A stretch of 62,980 nt of DNA, filler included. It is 6 parts of 6 records of this genome, joined end to end, with 100 filler letters (N's around TTAATTAATTAA, not from the genome) between each part and the next. Parts side by side here need not be neighbours in the genome. Positions count along the whole stretch, not along the records: positions 7,962 to 26,128 come from DRR723986_9501; positions 26,229 to 40,678 come from DRR723986_9513; 4 more parts are not named here. One strand, given 5' to 3'. The position numbers and the translations under genes are program-made. Numbering within the stretch: the first letter of the stretch is position 1; each line of letters begins with the position of its first letter. The notes under the pieces are model-generated. The model was given only the letters and a program-made list of their open reading frames with translations. It was not told the DNA's origin and made no database searches. Below are positions 19,385 through 28,467 of the stretch, one piece after another.

Positions 19385-21508
19385 CTATCCAACGTCGCCA
19401 AGCTGAAGCCGCTCACCGTAGCGGCGCAGCGTCTGCTCGCGGATTAGTCGTAGGTCGTCATTTTCGAGCTGCGGATCTTCTTCGAGCAAACGACGTGCGA
19501 CTTGCTTGGCGAACTCAAGGAGCTCGCCGTCGTCAACCAAACTCGCAACTCTCAGCGGCGGGAGACCGCTTTGCGAAGTCCCTAGCAAATCCCCGGGACC
19601 ACGCATTTGCAAATCCTTTTCCGCTAGCTCAAACCCATCGTTGGTCGCCTCAAATGCGACCAAGCGTTGGTTTTCTGTCGTGTTGCCCTCGCTGGCAACT
19701 GCATTTACGTAGCCAGGATGCGATCCTCGTCCAACGCGACCGCGTAACTGGTGAAGCTGGCTGAGCCCAAGGCGATCCGCATCCAAGATGGTCATCACGC
19801 ACGCATTGGGAACATCAATCCCGACTTCTACAACAGTCGTCGCGACAAGAATCTGAGTCTCACCGGATGCGAAACGTGTCAGCGCAGCATCCTTGTCTCC
19901 AGATTCCATCCGGCCGTGCAGCAGTCCGACGGTTCGCTCTTGAAACGGCCCACTGCTCAGTTGTTTGTAAACGCTTTCAGCACTCGCGCCGTCACTGGCT
20001 GGATTGTCAGCAACCCGCGGCGCGATCACGTAGGCCTGTCGCCCAGAATCCAACTGTCGGTCAAGGAACTTCCACCACGAATCTAGCTGGCCACGCTCGG
20101 ATGTGTAAGTATGCACTGCAGCTCTACCAGGCGGCTTGGTGCGAATGGTGGAAACGTCGAGGTCACCAAAGACACTCATCGCAATCGTCCGCGGGATCGG
20201 AGTCGCGCTGAGCACGAGGTAATGCGGCTGAGCGTCTTCGGTGCGCAGCTTTGCTCGTTGCATGACACCAAACTTGTGTTGCTCGTCGACGACAACCAAC
20301 CCCAGTTGCTTAAACTGAACATCGTCTGAAAGCAGTGACTGAGTACCGATTAGCAGGTCGACTTCCCCCTCGCGGCATTTTTCCAACACCGAGCGTCGAG
20401 CGGCCGCGGTCATTGAACTGGTCAGCAATTCAATCCTGACCGAACTGGACTCAAGGGCCGAGTTGAAGGTCGCCACGTGCTGATTTGCAAGCACTTCCGT
20501 CGGAGCCATCAAGGCCGCTTGGCATCCACTGGCCACGGCTAGCAGCATTGCATACTGCGCGACGACTGTCTTGCCGGAACCAACATCGCCCTGCAGCAAG
20601 CGATTCATTGGGATGGACTTCCCCATGTCATCGCGAATCTCATCGATGGCTGTTATCTGATCGGCAGTCGGCTGGTGCGGCAAACGGCGCATGATCCTGG
20701 CATGGACCTTGCCGCTGGGCGAACACTCAAATGCCCTCGAGTTCTCTTCTCGGGCTTTGCGTTGCATCGAAATGGCCAACTGCAACACGAACAACTCTTG
20801 CAACTTCAGTCGCCGCCTCGCTTGTTCGGCATCTTCAATGGATGTCGGGAAGTGCACTGCAGATAGAGCCCTACTGATCTCGACGACGTTCAATTCGTCG
20901 CGGAGCGGTGCCGGGATCACCTCTGGCACTAGACCAACCAGCGGAACAACAGCTTGCTTCATCAAGTGCCGCATCACATGTTGCTTGAGGCCTTCGGTCA
21001 AGCCGTACACCGGAAGAGGTGTTTGATCATCTTCGATCGATTCGTCCTCGCCCAGCACGACCGCACTTGGCTGAACCAACTCCCAAGACAGCCCGGTCGA
21101 TCGCAAACTGCCCGTCACGGCGACTCGAGCCCCTTCGATCAGCGTCTTGGCTCGAAAGCTCTGGTTGAACCAGACACCACGTACTGTCGTTTCGCCGACG
21201 TCGACCAAGATGCCTAGCATGTGCTTGCCGCTCTGGGTCACCCGCTGGTCGACTTCTACGATTTCCCCCTGGACGGTAACTTTCTCGCCCTCGACGAAAT
21301 CGCTGGGTTTCGTCAGTTCCCCCGGCAATTCGTAGTTTCTGGGGAAGAAAAAGAGCAGGTCGGCGGCCGACCGGAGGCCGAGTTTGGCGATCAGCCGCGC
21401 TCGAGAGGGCCCAACTCCAGGCAATTGAGCCACAGGGGAGCGGAGGGACAGCGCTTCGTTGCCCGGAATCGCGTCATGCGGAATTGCCTCGCCTCCCGTT
21501 GAAGACAC
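19385..21508 (-). CDS. recG: ATP-dependent DNA helicase RecG
   Basis: LQGDVGSGKT, DEQHKFGV, SATPIPRT, QLHQLRGRVGRG, DLQMRGPG. Confidence 0.97.
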   Translation of the reverse strand: MSSTGGEAIPHDAIPGNEALSLRSPVAQLPGVGPSRARLIAKLGLRSAADLLFFFPRNYELPGELTKPSDFVEGEKVTVQGEIVEVDQRVTQSGKHMLGILVDVGETTVRGVWFNQSFRAKTLIEGARVAVTGSLRSTGLSWELVQPSAVVLGEDESIEDDQTPLPVYGLTEGLKQHVMRHLMKQAVVPLVGLVPEVIPAPLRDELNVVEISRALSAVHFPTSIEDAEQARRRLKLQELFVLQLAISMQRKAREENSRAFECSPSGKVHARIMRRLPHQPTADQITAIDEIRDDMGKSIPMNRLLQGDVGSGKTVVAQYAMLLAVASGCQAALMAPTEVLANQHVATFNSALESSSVRIELLTSSMTAAARRSVLEKCREGEVDLLIGTQSLLSDDVQFKQLGLVVVDEQHKFGVMQRAKLRTEDAQPHYLVLSATPIPRTIAMSVFGDLDVSTIRTKPPGRAAVHTYTSERGQLDSWWKFLDRQLDSGRQAYVIAPRVADNPASDGASAESVYKQLSSGPFQERTVGLLHGRMESGDKDAALTRFASGETQILVATTVVEVGIDVPNACVMTILDADRLGLSQLHQLRGRVGRGSHPGYVNAVASEGNTTENQRLVAFEATNDGFELAEKDLQMRGPGDLLGTSQSGLPPLRVASLVDDGELLEFAKQVARRLLEEDPQLENDDLRLIREQTLRRYGERLQLGDVG

Positions 21509-21831
21509 CTGATTTGCCCCTCAATATTGGATTTCCAGACCGTTGCCTCTCGCCACCACTGCAGCAGCCGAACTTAGTATTGCCGTTGCCATTCTGCGAA
21601 AAATACCCGGCTTTGCCCACATGAGTGCAGGCCGAAGGACAAATGCAACGGTCAATTCTCCAAATTTGTGAATTCTACCTGCCGGAAGCGGAACATCGTC
21701 GCTTGAGACAGGTTGATTTTATGAGCGGACGCAAATCCTCAGTTCGGTTCGCTTTGTTCACTACTTCAGGCTCCCTGCAATCCTTTTCTCAGGTGGGCCG
21801 TCTGCCTCAGGGTCAAATAGGAGCCCGATTC

Positions 21832-22740
21832 ATGAAACTTCGTATTTTGAGTGCTTTGAGCCTGGTTGCTTGCTTGAGTTTCGCCTCGATCGCAGAAGCC
21901 CAGGAAGAACGTGGTGGTCGTCGACAAGCTGGTGGCGATCGTGGTGGACAACGTGGCGGTGGAGATCGTGGCGGACAACGCGGCGGTGGAGATCGCGGTG
22001 GAGATCGCGGTGGCCAGAGAGGCGGCGGACAGCGTGGCGGTGGACAACGCATGCAATTCGGCCCAGCTTTGGAACTCATGAACATGCTCCGCATGGAAGA
22101 AGTTCGCAAGGAAGTTGAGCTCGAAGACGATACTTGGGAGGCAATGACCGCCAACCAACCCGACATGCGAGAGATGTTCCGTGCTAGCGAAGACGAGCGG
22201 AAAAAGATGCTCGACGAACTAAACGAGAATGCCACGGCAATGCTCGACGAAGCACTCGCTCCATCTCAACTGAAGCGACTGATGGGTCTTTTCGCCCAGC
22301 AACGCGGACTTGGCTCTGTCACCAACGCTTTGATTGCCAAGGAAATCGGCCTGGACGAAAAGGGCATCGCCAAGGTTAAAGAAGCTCAAGAAGAAGCGTC
22401 ACAGAAGCTGCGCGATGAAATGCGATCCAAGATGCAGGAAATGTTCTCCGGCGGCGAACGCCCAGACCGCGAGAAAATGACCGAAATGGTGAAGTCGATG
22501 CGAGAAGAAGCTGAAAAGGAAGTCGGAAAGGCTCTCTCCAGCGACCAAAAGAAGAAGCTGGAAGAACTCAAGGGCGAGAAGTTTGACTTCCCCGAGCAGC
22601 AGTTCGGTGGTCGCGGTGGCTTCGGCGGAGCACCAGGTGGACGCGGACAGGGTGGCGGACGCCCTCAAGGTGACCGTGGTGGCGACGAAGAAGGCCGCGG
22701 ACGTCCACAGCGTGGTGGTCGCCCCGGCGGTGATCGCTAA
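21832..22740 (+). CDS. Exported helical protein, LTXXQ/Spy-CpxP-like, with RGG-rich termini
   Basis: Signal peptide (AEA); AGGAG RBS; GGDRGGQR repeats; LSSDQKKKLEELKGEKF motif. Confidence 0.75.
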   Translation: MKLRILSALSLVACLSFASIAEAQEERGGRRQAGGDRGGQRGGGDRGGQRGGGDRGGDRGGQRGGGQRGGGQRMQFGPALELMNMLRMEEVRKEVELEDDTWEAMTANQPDMREMFRASEDERKKMLDELNENATAMLDEALAPSQLKRLMGLFAQQRGLGSVTNALIAKEIGLDEKGIAKVKEAQEEASQKLRDEMRSKMQEMFSGGERPDREKMTEMVKSMREEAEKEVGKALSSDQKKKLEELKGEKFDFPEQQFGGRGGFGGAPGGRGQGGGRPQGDRGGDEEGRGRPQRGGRPGGDR

Positions 22741-23056
22741 CAGCTAACCTCTGCAAATCAGCCCAATGAATCGGCGCGGTACTGATTCCGGCACCGCGCC
22801 GCGAAACCTCCTGATAGTTAATGCCCCCTGGCAACCAATGACACCGTGGCAGTCAACGACTCAGCGTGGTTTATTCAGGACGGTCAATAAATTGAACGTC
22901 TGGCAAAGGTTTGTCGATATAATCTAGATGAGGATGTTGGCTCTAGCTGGCATCCTCGCTCACTTCAGTGGGCAAAACCCACTTCAGTCTTCTATTCCAG
23001 GTTTTAGGAGCACAACCGCACGACCCACCTTCAGGTGCATGCGGGATGAAACAACT

Positions 23057-23989
23057 ATGGCGGCTCAACGAATAGTTATGTTCTGCGTACTTTGCGGCCT
23101 GACCGCATCGTATGCCCTTGCTGAGCCGCCGGGCAATCGTGAGAGCTTCTTCCGAGCGATGCGCGAAGCCATTCGCGAGAACCCGGATCAAGAGATCCTT
23201 GAATTTGCTTTACACCCCAATCTTCCGGGGCTGCTTGAGCTAGAGCCAAAGCAACTCGAACCCTTCCGCAAACAGGTTTCGGATACGCGGTTCACCATGT
23301 ACAAGCTGCATGATGAGCACAAGGAATCGAGGATTGAACACGATGCCTTGGTGACGCGAATGCAGAAGATTTCGACCGAGGGAACTCGCAAAGCTATCGG
23401 AGCTCTTCAGGAAACAGGCAAGTGGGAGCGCATCATGGGCCTGTTCGTACAAGTCCGTGGCCCTAGCGCTGCCGCAACCGAAGCCATCGCTGCAAAGATT
23501 TCACTGAAGGCCGAACAACTGGCTGAATTTAGAGCCGCCCGTCGACGCCTCTGGGAAAAGCACATGCGAGACGTCGGCGAAGCCATCCAGTCCGCGATGC
23601 GTAGTGGTAAACGTGACCCACAACGTGGACGACGCATCGCAGAGATGATGGAAGACGCCAAGAAGAAGCTTAACACCGAACTTCGCCGAATGCTGACAGA
23701 AGAACAGCAAGAGGCCCTTGATGCTCTCAGTGGTGAGGAGGTTGAGGGAATCCGCGAGAAGCTAGACGTTCGCAAGCGGCCCGGAGGCCGAGGACGAGGA
23801 CCGCGGCCCGGCGAACGTCGCGGTGAACGGCCAAACGACCTTCAAGGGGACCACCAAGGCGGCAGACCTCGCGATCATCAAGGCGAACCACGACCTCGCG
23901 ACGGCCAGCGGCCCCCAAAGAAGGATCCTGGCATGGATCCGTGCGTGGGTGGCCCCGACGGCAAATGCCACATGACCGTTTTAACCTGA
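23057..23989 (+). CDS. Exported helical protein, paralog of the upstream gene (start uncertain)
   Basis: Signal peptide (ALA); RIMGLFVQVRG and LTEEQQEALDALSGE align with the upstream protein. Confidence 0.7.
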   Translation: MAAQRIVMFCVLCGLTASYALAEPPGNRESFFRAMREAIRENPDQEILEFALHPNLPGLLELEPKQLEPFRKQVSDTRFTMYKLHDEHKESRIEHDALVTRMQKISTEGTRKAIGALQETGKWERIMGLFVQVRGPSAAATEAIAAKISLKAEQLAEFRAARRRLWEKHMRDVGEAIQSAMRSGKRDPQRGRRIAEMMEDAKKKLNTELRRMLTEEQQEALDALSGEEVEGIREKLDVRKRPGGRGRGPRPGERRGERPNDLQGDHQGGRPRDHQGEPRPRDGQRPPKKDPGMDPCVGGPDGKCHMTVLT

Positions 23990-24104
23990 ACCCTCGACCA
24001 CGCGGAACACCGCACGACGGTTTCTCAATTCTCGAATCCCCTGGCCTGAGCCGATCTTAGTGGTACCGTTCTGTGCCACTTCAAGATCCTTCTTTTAGGC
24101 GATA

Positions 24105-24920
24105 ATGGGGGATGCTGGGATCATGATCCAGCGGTATGCCATAGTTCCGATACCAGAATCTGTGCCCACGCAGGCGCTGGGGAACTTGCGCGCAACCATT
24201 TCCACCAAGGAAGGCGCGGATTCCGCCAAACCGGTTTCTCAAGCACCGGTTTTCCCACAAGATACCGTTGATTTTTCGCCCGAAGCACAGCGGCTACTTG
24301 CAAGCCAGGGCAGTGCGGCGCCACAAGCTGTTACAGGAAATCCCGCCACGGTCGCCGCAGCACAAACGCGTGGCACTACAACCAAGCCCGGCGCTCCTAA
24401 TACCAACGGCGATTCGGCAGTCAGCGGAACAACCGAGACCGACGCAAAGGGCGAGCCACTATCCGCCGAAGAACAACAACAAGTCCGTGAGCTGGAGTCG
24501 CGTGATCGCGAAGTCCGAACGCACGAGCAAGCGCATCTCGCAGCCGCGGGGCCTTACGCCACAAGCGGCCCAACGTATAGCTACCAGCAAGGACCGGATG
24601 GAAAACGATATGCCATCGGTGGTGAAGTTGGTATCGACACCTCTCCGGTCGAAGGCGATCCGGCGGCAACCGCACGTAAAGCACGGGTGGTCAGAGCTGC
24701 AGCACTCGCCCCCGCCGAGCCATCGGCTCAAGACCGGGCCGTCGCCGCTCAAGCAACGCAACTGGAGCAGAAGGCACTGGCCGAACAACGCGCTCAAGCA
24801 CAGGAGTCCGCCGGCCTGAGCTCAGATCCATCCAGCCCCGCTCGAAGCGCTCCGCGAAACAACCCCTACAGCGCATCGTCGGCTCCCGCGTCTGGACAAC
24901 TTCTGAATCTGATTGCATAG
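24105..24920 (+). CDS. SprA-related family protein (putative HEXXH metalloprotease)
   Basis: RDREVRTHEQAH, GPDGKRYAIGGEV, AALAPAEPSAQDRAVAA. Confidence 0.85.
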   Translation: MGDAGIMIQRYAIVPIPESVPTQALGNLRATISTKEGADSAKPVSQAPVFPQDTVDFSPEAQRLLASQGSAAPQAVTGNPATVAAAQTRGTTTKPGAPNTNGDSAVSGTTETDAKGEPLSAEEQQQVRELESRDREVRTHEQAHLAAAGPYATSGPTYSYQQGPDGKRYAIGGEVGIDTSPVEGDPAATARKARVVRAAALAPAEPSAQDRAVAAQATQLEQKALAEQRAQAQESAGLSSDPSSPARSAPRNNPYSASSAPASGQLLNLIA

Positions 24921-25311
24921 TTGCCAATCGCATCGCGAGGCCACTGTTAGAAACACGGCCGCCGTCTGCATCTAAAAATCAGGCCTCGAGCTATCTAGCG
25001 ATCCCATCGGCATCCGCTTGCGGTCGCCACCATCCACGGAACACAGCGCGTCAGGCTGGCCGTCTGTGCAATCCCCGCAACTGCCGGAAGCATACCGGCA
25101 AGGCTCGCATAGCAAACATCTGACGGTACAATATGGGCCTACGGGTTCCTGCATCCCAATTGTGGATCGCAGCATTCTGCGACGCCGTCGTATTCGCGCC
25201 AACACAAGACGGCCGATGCAAGTTGATAGATAGCCAATTACCTTTTTGCACGACCTTCACCACTGGCTGGCATTCCCCGCCCCGAACGCAGCCCCACCCC
25301 GCCACGACACT

Positions 25312-25911
25312 ATGCAAACGACTGAAGAAAAACTATCTATCGTGCTGTTCCCTCATCCTTCGTTGAGGCGAAAGGCAAAACCGATTCGCAAAGTCGACGC
25401 GAGGCTAAAGGATTTTGTACGCCAGATGTTTGACTTGATGTACGAGCACAATGGCGTCGGTCTGGCGGCCACTCAAGTCGCGCTTCCGATTCGACTGTTT
25501 GTCATGAATGCGACAGGCAAACGTGGCGAGGGCGACGAGTTAGTGTTCATCAATCCTGTCATCAGTCGCCCTCGTGGTAACGAAGAAGCCGAGGAAGGCT
25601 GCCTGAGTTTGCCGAGGATTCATGGTAACGTCATCCGTTCCAAGAATATTCGAGTTACGGGTTTCGACTTAAACGGCCAAGAAATCAACCAGGATTTCAA
25701 GGGCTTCCCCGCACGAATCATCCAGCACGAGACCGACCATCTTGATGGTGTCGTTTTCCCAGACCGCCTCAAAGAAGGCGCTATCGTTGAGTGCGGTGCA
25801 GAAATCGAAGCCCTGGTGACCGAGTTCGAGTCTCAGCAACGAGTCGGTGGTATTGCCTCCAACGACGACCTTGAATCTTATCTTGACCAATGGGAATCAA
25901 TTTACTGCTAG
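25312..25911 (+). CDS. def: Peptide deformylase
   Basis: GVGLAATQ, EGCLS, QHETDH motifs. Confidence 0.96.
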   Translation: MQTTEEKLSIVLFPHPSLRRKAKPIRKVDARLKDFVRQMFDLMYEHNGVGLAATQVALPIRLFVMNATGKRGEGDELVFINPVISRPRGNEEAEEGCLSLPRIHGNVIRSKNIRVTGFDLNGQEINQDFKGFPARIIQHETDHLDGVVFPDRLKEGAIVECGAEIEALVTEFESQQRVGGIASNDDLESYLDQWESIYC

Positions 25912-26128
25912 CTCGATCCTGATTCCCATTCTTCCCAATAGGCGTCCGCAACGGACAGTAATTCGTCCAGCGAGATGGAGCGTCCTGAATCAAGAGAAAT
26001 GCTGCCGCGGCGTGCCTGCAACTTGAGTTCACCGTGGTCAGTGAAAACGTGGCAGACACCACGCGGCACTTGAGCGCTCAGTATTGTTAAGTCTAGGTTA
26101 GAGCGCTTCCAGTTCGGATTTAGCGTTT

Positions 26129-26228
26129 NNNNNNNNNNNNNNNNNNNNNNNNNNNNNNNNNNNNNNNNNNNNTTAATTAATTAANNNNNNNNNNNNNNNN
26201 NNNNNNNNNNNNNNNNNNNNNNNNNNNN
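26129..26228. other. Artificial contig spacer
   Basis: N44-TTAATTAATTAA-N44. Confidence 0.97.
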
Positions 26229-26259
26229 GGCTCGGAGAGCCGTGCTACTGAGAAGAACA

Positions 26260-26322
26260 AGCCGACTCGGCGTGCGTCAGCCCAGCGAAGAAACGCAGAC
26301 GCACCTGTTCCGCTATCCAATC
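26260..26322 (-). pseudogene. Remnant of a planctomycete-type ECF sigma factor region 4
   Basis: Translates to DWIAEQVRLRFFAGLTHAESA with a stop 4 codons later; no region 2 upstream. Confidence 0.5.
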
Positions 26323-26350
26323 GGCACTAGGAAGAGCTGCTTGGCGACGA

Positions 26351-27760
26351 TTACTCGCCCAGTTCGATGACGCCTTCATCAATCTGACGTTTGGCGGCGG
26401 TGGCGAGTTGTTTGAAAGACTTTTTGATACTCTCGTCCATCGGTAAATTCGCACCCGAGCGAAGAACCTGCAATGCCTTTCGGGGGCGTTCCATCTTCAG
26501 AAGGATTTTTGCCTGATTAAGCAGCATCAGGAGCCGCCCAACTTCGAATCGCTTGGCATGTTCGCTCATCAACGGCAACGCTCGCCCGAGCTCTTTTCCG
26601 TGCATGAGACCGTTGATCAGAGCGAAAAGTGGTTCCTGATCCAGCAAGGCGACGTGCCCAGCACTCCTCCGCTGACGAAGCAGTTTGTCAGCTAGTTGGA
26701 ATTTGTCAGAAGCAATTAGCTGTTCGATATCTTCGGTGCTGTTTCCTGCATTAATCGAGACAGAGCTTGCTGTAGTCTGTTCGATGATCTCCGCCGGCTT
26801 CGATTGTTTGGGGCGTCGCTTAGTACCCTTTGCCGTCGGCTTGCTCTTGGAACGACTGTTGGTGTCTTGGGTCTTCTTCTTTCTCCCTCCACTCTTTGGC
26901 CGGGCGGGTGCACCGGTGTTGGCCAGCGTTGTTGGTTTATCAGCGGTTGTGTCACTGTTCAGGCTGCGACCTCGAGTACTTTGGCGAACAAGTTCGGATG
27001 CTTCGGTTTCAAACTCGTCTTTCGCTTCCTGCCGGCCTTCATCGCCCTTCCAAACACTGACAAGATCCCAGCCTTCACAGTCGACCCAGTCACGTTTGAG
27101 CCAAAGGAATCCCAATCCAACACCAATGCCCAAACCCATCATGTGAAAAATGCTACTGGCGATCCCGCTTGGATCAGTGACCATGCCGAGTATTTCGAAG
27201 ACGAATTTGATGAACGCGAAAACCATGATCGGTATTTCGATGGTGCCTACATAGAACCCGAACCAATAGAAAACGTCGAAATCGTTTCTTGGTGCCCAGA
27301 CGAGCGCGATGCCTAGCAAACCGAAGATGGCAGCGCTCGCACCAAGCGAAGCACCCGGCCCAGCGAGACACAGGAAAACCTGCTCAACCGCACTCTGCCC
27401 TACACCGGCAGCCATGTACAAAAGCAAGAATACGGGTGAACCGACCTTTCCCTCAACGACCAGACCGAACGCCCAGAGAAAGATCATGTTCCCGAACAGG
27501 TGGAAGAAGTCTTGGTGAACGAAGATGCTGGTCAGCCACTGCCATGGCTTAATCCCCGCACCATGTTGGAGCAGTAGTGTGTTCGCAGGATAGATGACTT
27601 CAATCTGCGGGAGATCACCCTCGATGCCGGTGATCGTGACGTCTTCCGGCTCGATCAACGAAGCTGGTGTGATGAAGAAAATAACCGTGCAGACAACGAT
27701 CAGCGAAACTGTCGCAATCGGGACATGGTAAATCGGTGCGTCGGTGTTGTAGGGAATCAT
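26351..27760 (-). CDS. Rhomboid intramembrane serine protease with C-terminal helical/TPR-like domain
   Basis: PWQWLTSIFVH, HLFGNMIFLWAFG, GASAA (Ser), FHMMG (His). Confidence 0.88.
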   Translation of the reverse strand: MIPYNTDAPIYHVPIATVSLIVVCTVIFFITPASLIEPEDVTITGIEGDLPQIEVIYPANTLLLQHGAGIKPWQWLTSIFVHQDFFHLFGNMIFLWAFGLVVEGKVGSPVFLLLYMAAGVGQSAVEQVFLCLAGPGASLGASAAIFGLLGIALVWAPRNDFDVFYWFGFYVGTIEIPIMVFAFIKFVFEILGMVTDPSGIASSIFHMMGLGIGVGLGFLWLKRDWVDCEGWDLVSVWKGDEGRQEAKDEFETEASELVRQSTRGRSLNSDTTADKPTTLANTGAPARPKSGGRKKKTQDTNSRSKSKPTAKGTKRRPKQSKPAEIIEQTTASSVSINAGNSTEDIEQLIASDKFQLADKLLRQRRSAGHVALLDQEPLFALINGLMHGKELGRALPLMSEHAKRFEVGRLLMLLNQAKILLKMERPRKALQVLRSGANLPMDESIKKSFKQLATAAKRQIDEGVIELGE

Positions 27761-27885
27761 TGCGGCAATTTACATCATCGAACAAATTCAAGCGGCACCG
27801 AGTCCTACTTGTAGGGCCGACTGTATGGCAGGGATCTCTCGACGCTTAGGCGCGCAGTGCGTTCTTGGACGAAGCTACCGCAGAC

Positions 27886-28392
27886 TCAAGTCTCGAACCC
27901 AGGGAACTGTCGACAGTATTCGTAAACTGCCATCGTAGTTGCAGTAACCACGTTGTAGCTCGCCGGCGGCCCGTAAACTGGGATTTCAACGGTATGCGAC
28001 AGGCAATCGAGAATCTCCTGCGAAAGGCCTTCCCGTTCAGAGCCTATGACCAAAGCGGTCTTTTGACAAAACGAAAAATCCCACAGGCAGTTCGAACCGG
28101 TTGTTTGCTCCAAGCCCACAAGCGAGTAACCACTGGCGGAGAGTTTCTTTAGGTACGGCGGCAACGACCGCTTCGTAACGACCTCAACCGCGTCAGCCGC
28201 GTCGCGAGCGATCGTGCGGTCCACCTTAAGATTGCCGGCGTGGACGATTTTTTGAATTCCGGCACAACCAGCCAGTCTGACCATCCTGCTGAGATTCACG
28301 CTGCTACGAAGTGGTGCGACGACCAGCAGCAGCTCGCGGGGCTGCTCAAGCTCACGTGGTGGTTTATGGCGAACGTGTTCGAATTGCGGCAT
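27886..28392 (-). CDS. TrmH/SpoU-family RNA methyltransferase
   Basis: NLSRMVR, LVIGSEREGL, VEIPVYG...SYNV. Confidence 0.9.
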   Translation of the reverse strand: MPQFEHVRHKPPRELEQPRELLLVVAPLRSSVNLSRMVRLAGCAGIQKIVHAGNLKVDRTIARDAADAVEVVTKRSLPPYLKKLSASGYSLVGLEQTTGSNCLWDFSFCQKTALVIGSEREGLSQEILDCLSHTVEIPVYGPPASYNVVTATTMAVYEYCRQFPGFET

Positions 28393-28467
28393 CCAAAGTC
28401 TCGTCGGCAAAGCACGGCTGCTCACCCAGCAGCAGTTTGTCGCAACTGGAGGATTGATTTGAAGAGT

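Noticed and set aside
21910-22050. Tandem DNA repeats
   Set aside because: Explained by coding GGDRGGQR repeats with synonymous variation; not an independent element
24939-25083. GCCACTG and CCCCGCAACTG, resembling cobalamin riboswitch elements
   Set aside because: Wrong order, other conserved elements missing, and the downstream gene (def) is unrelated to B12
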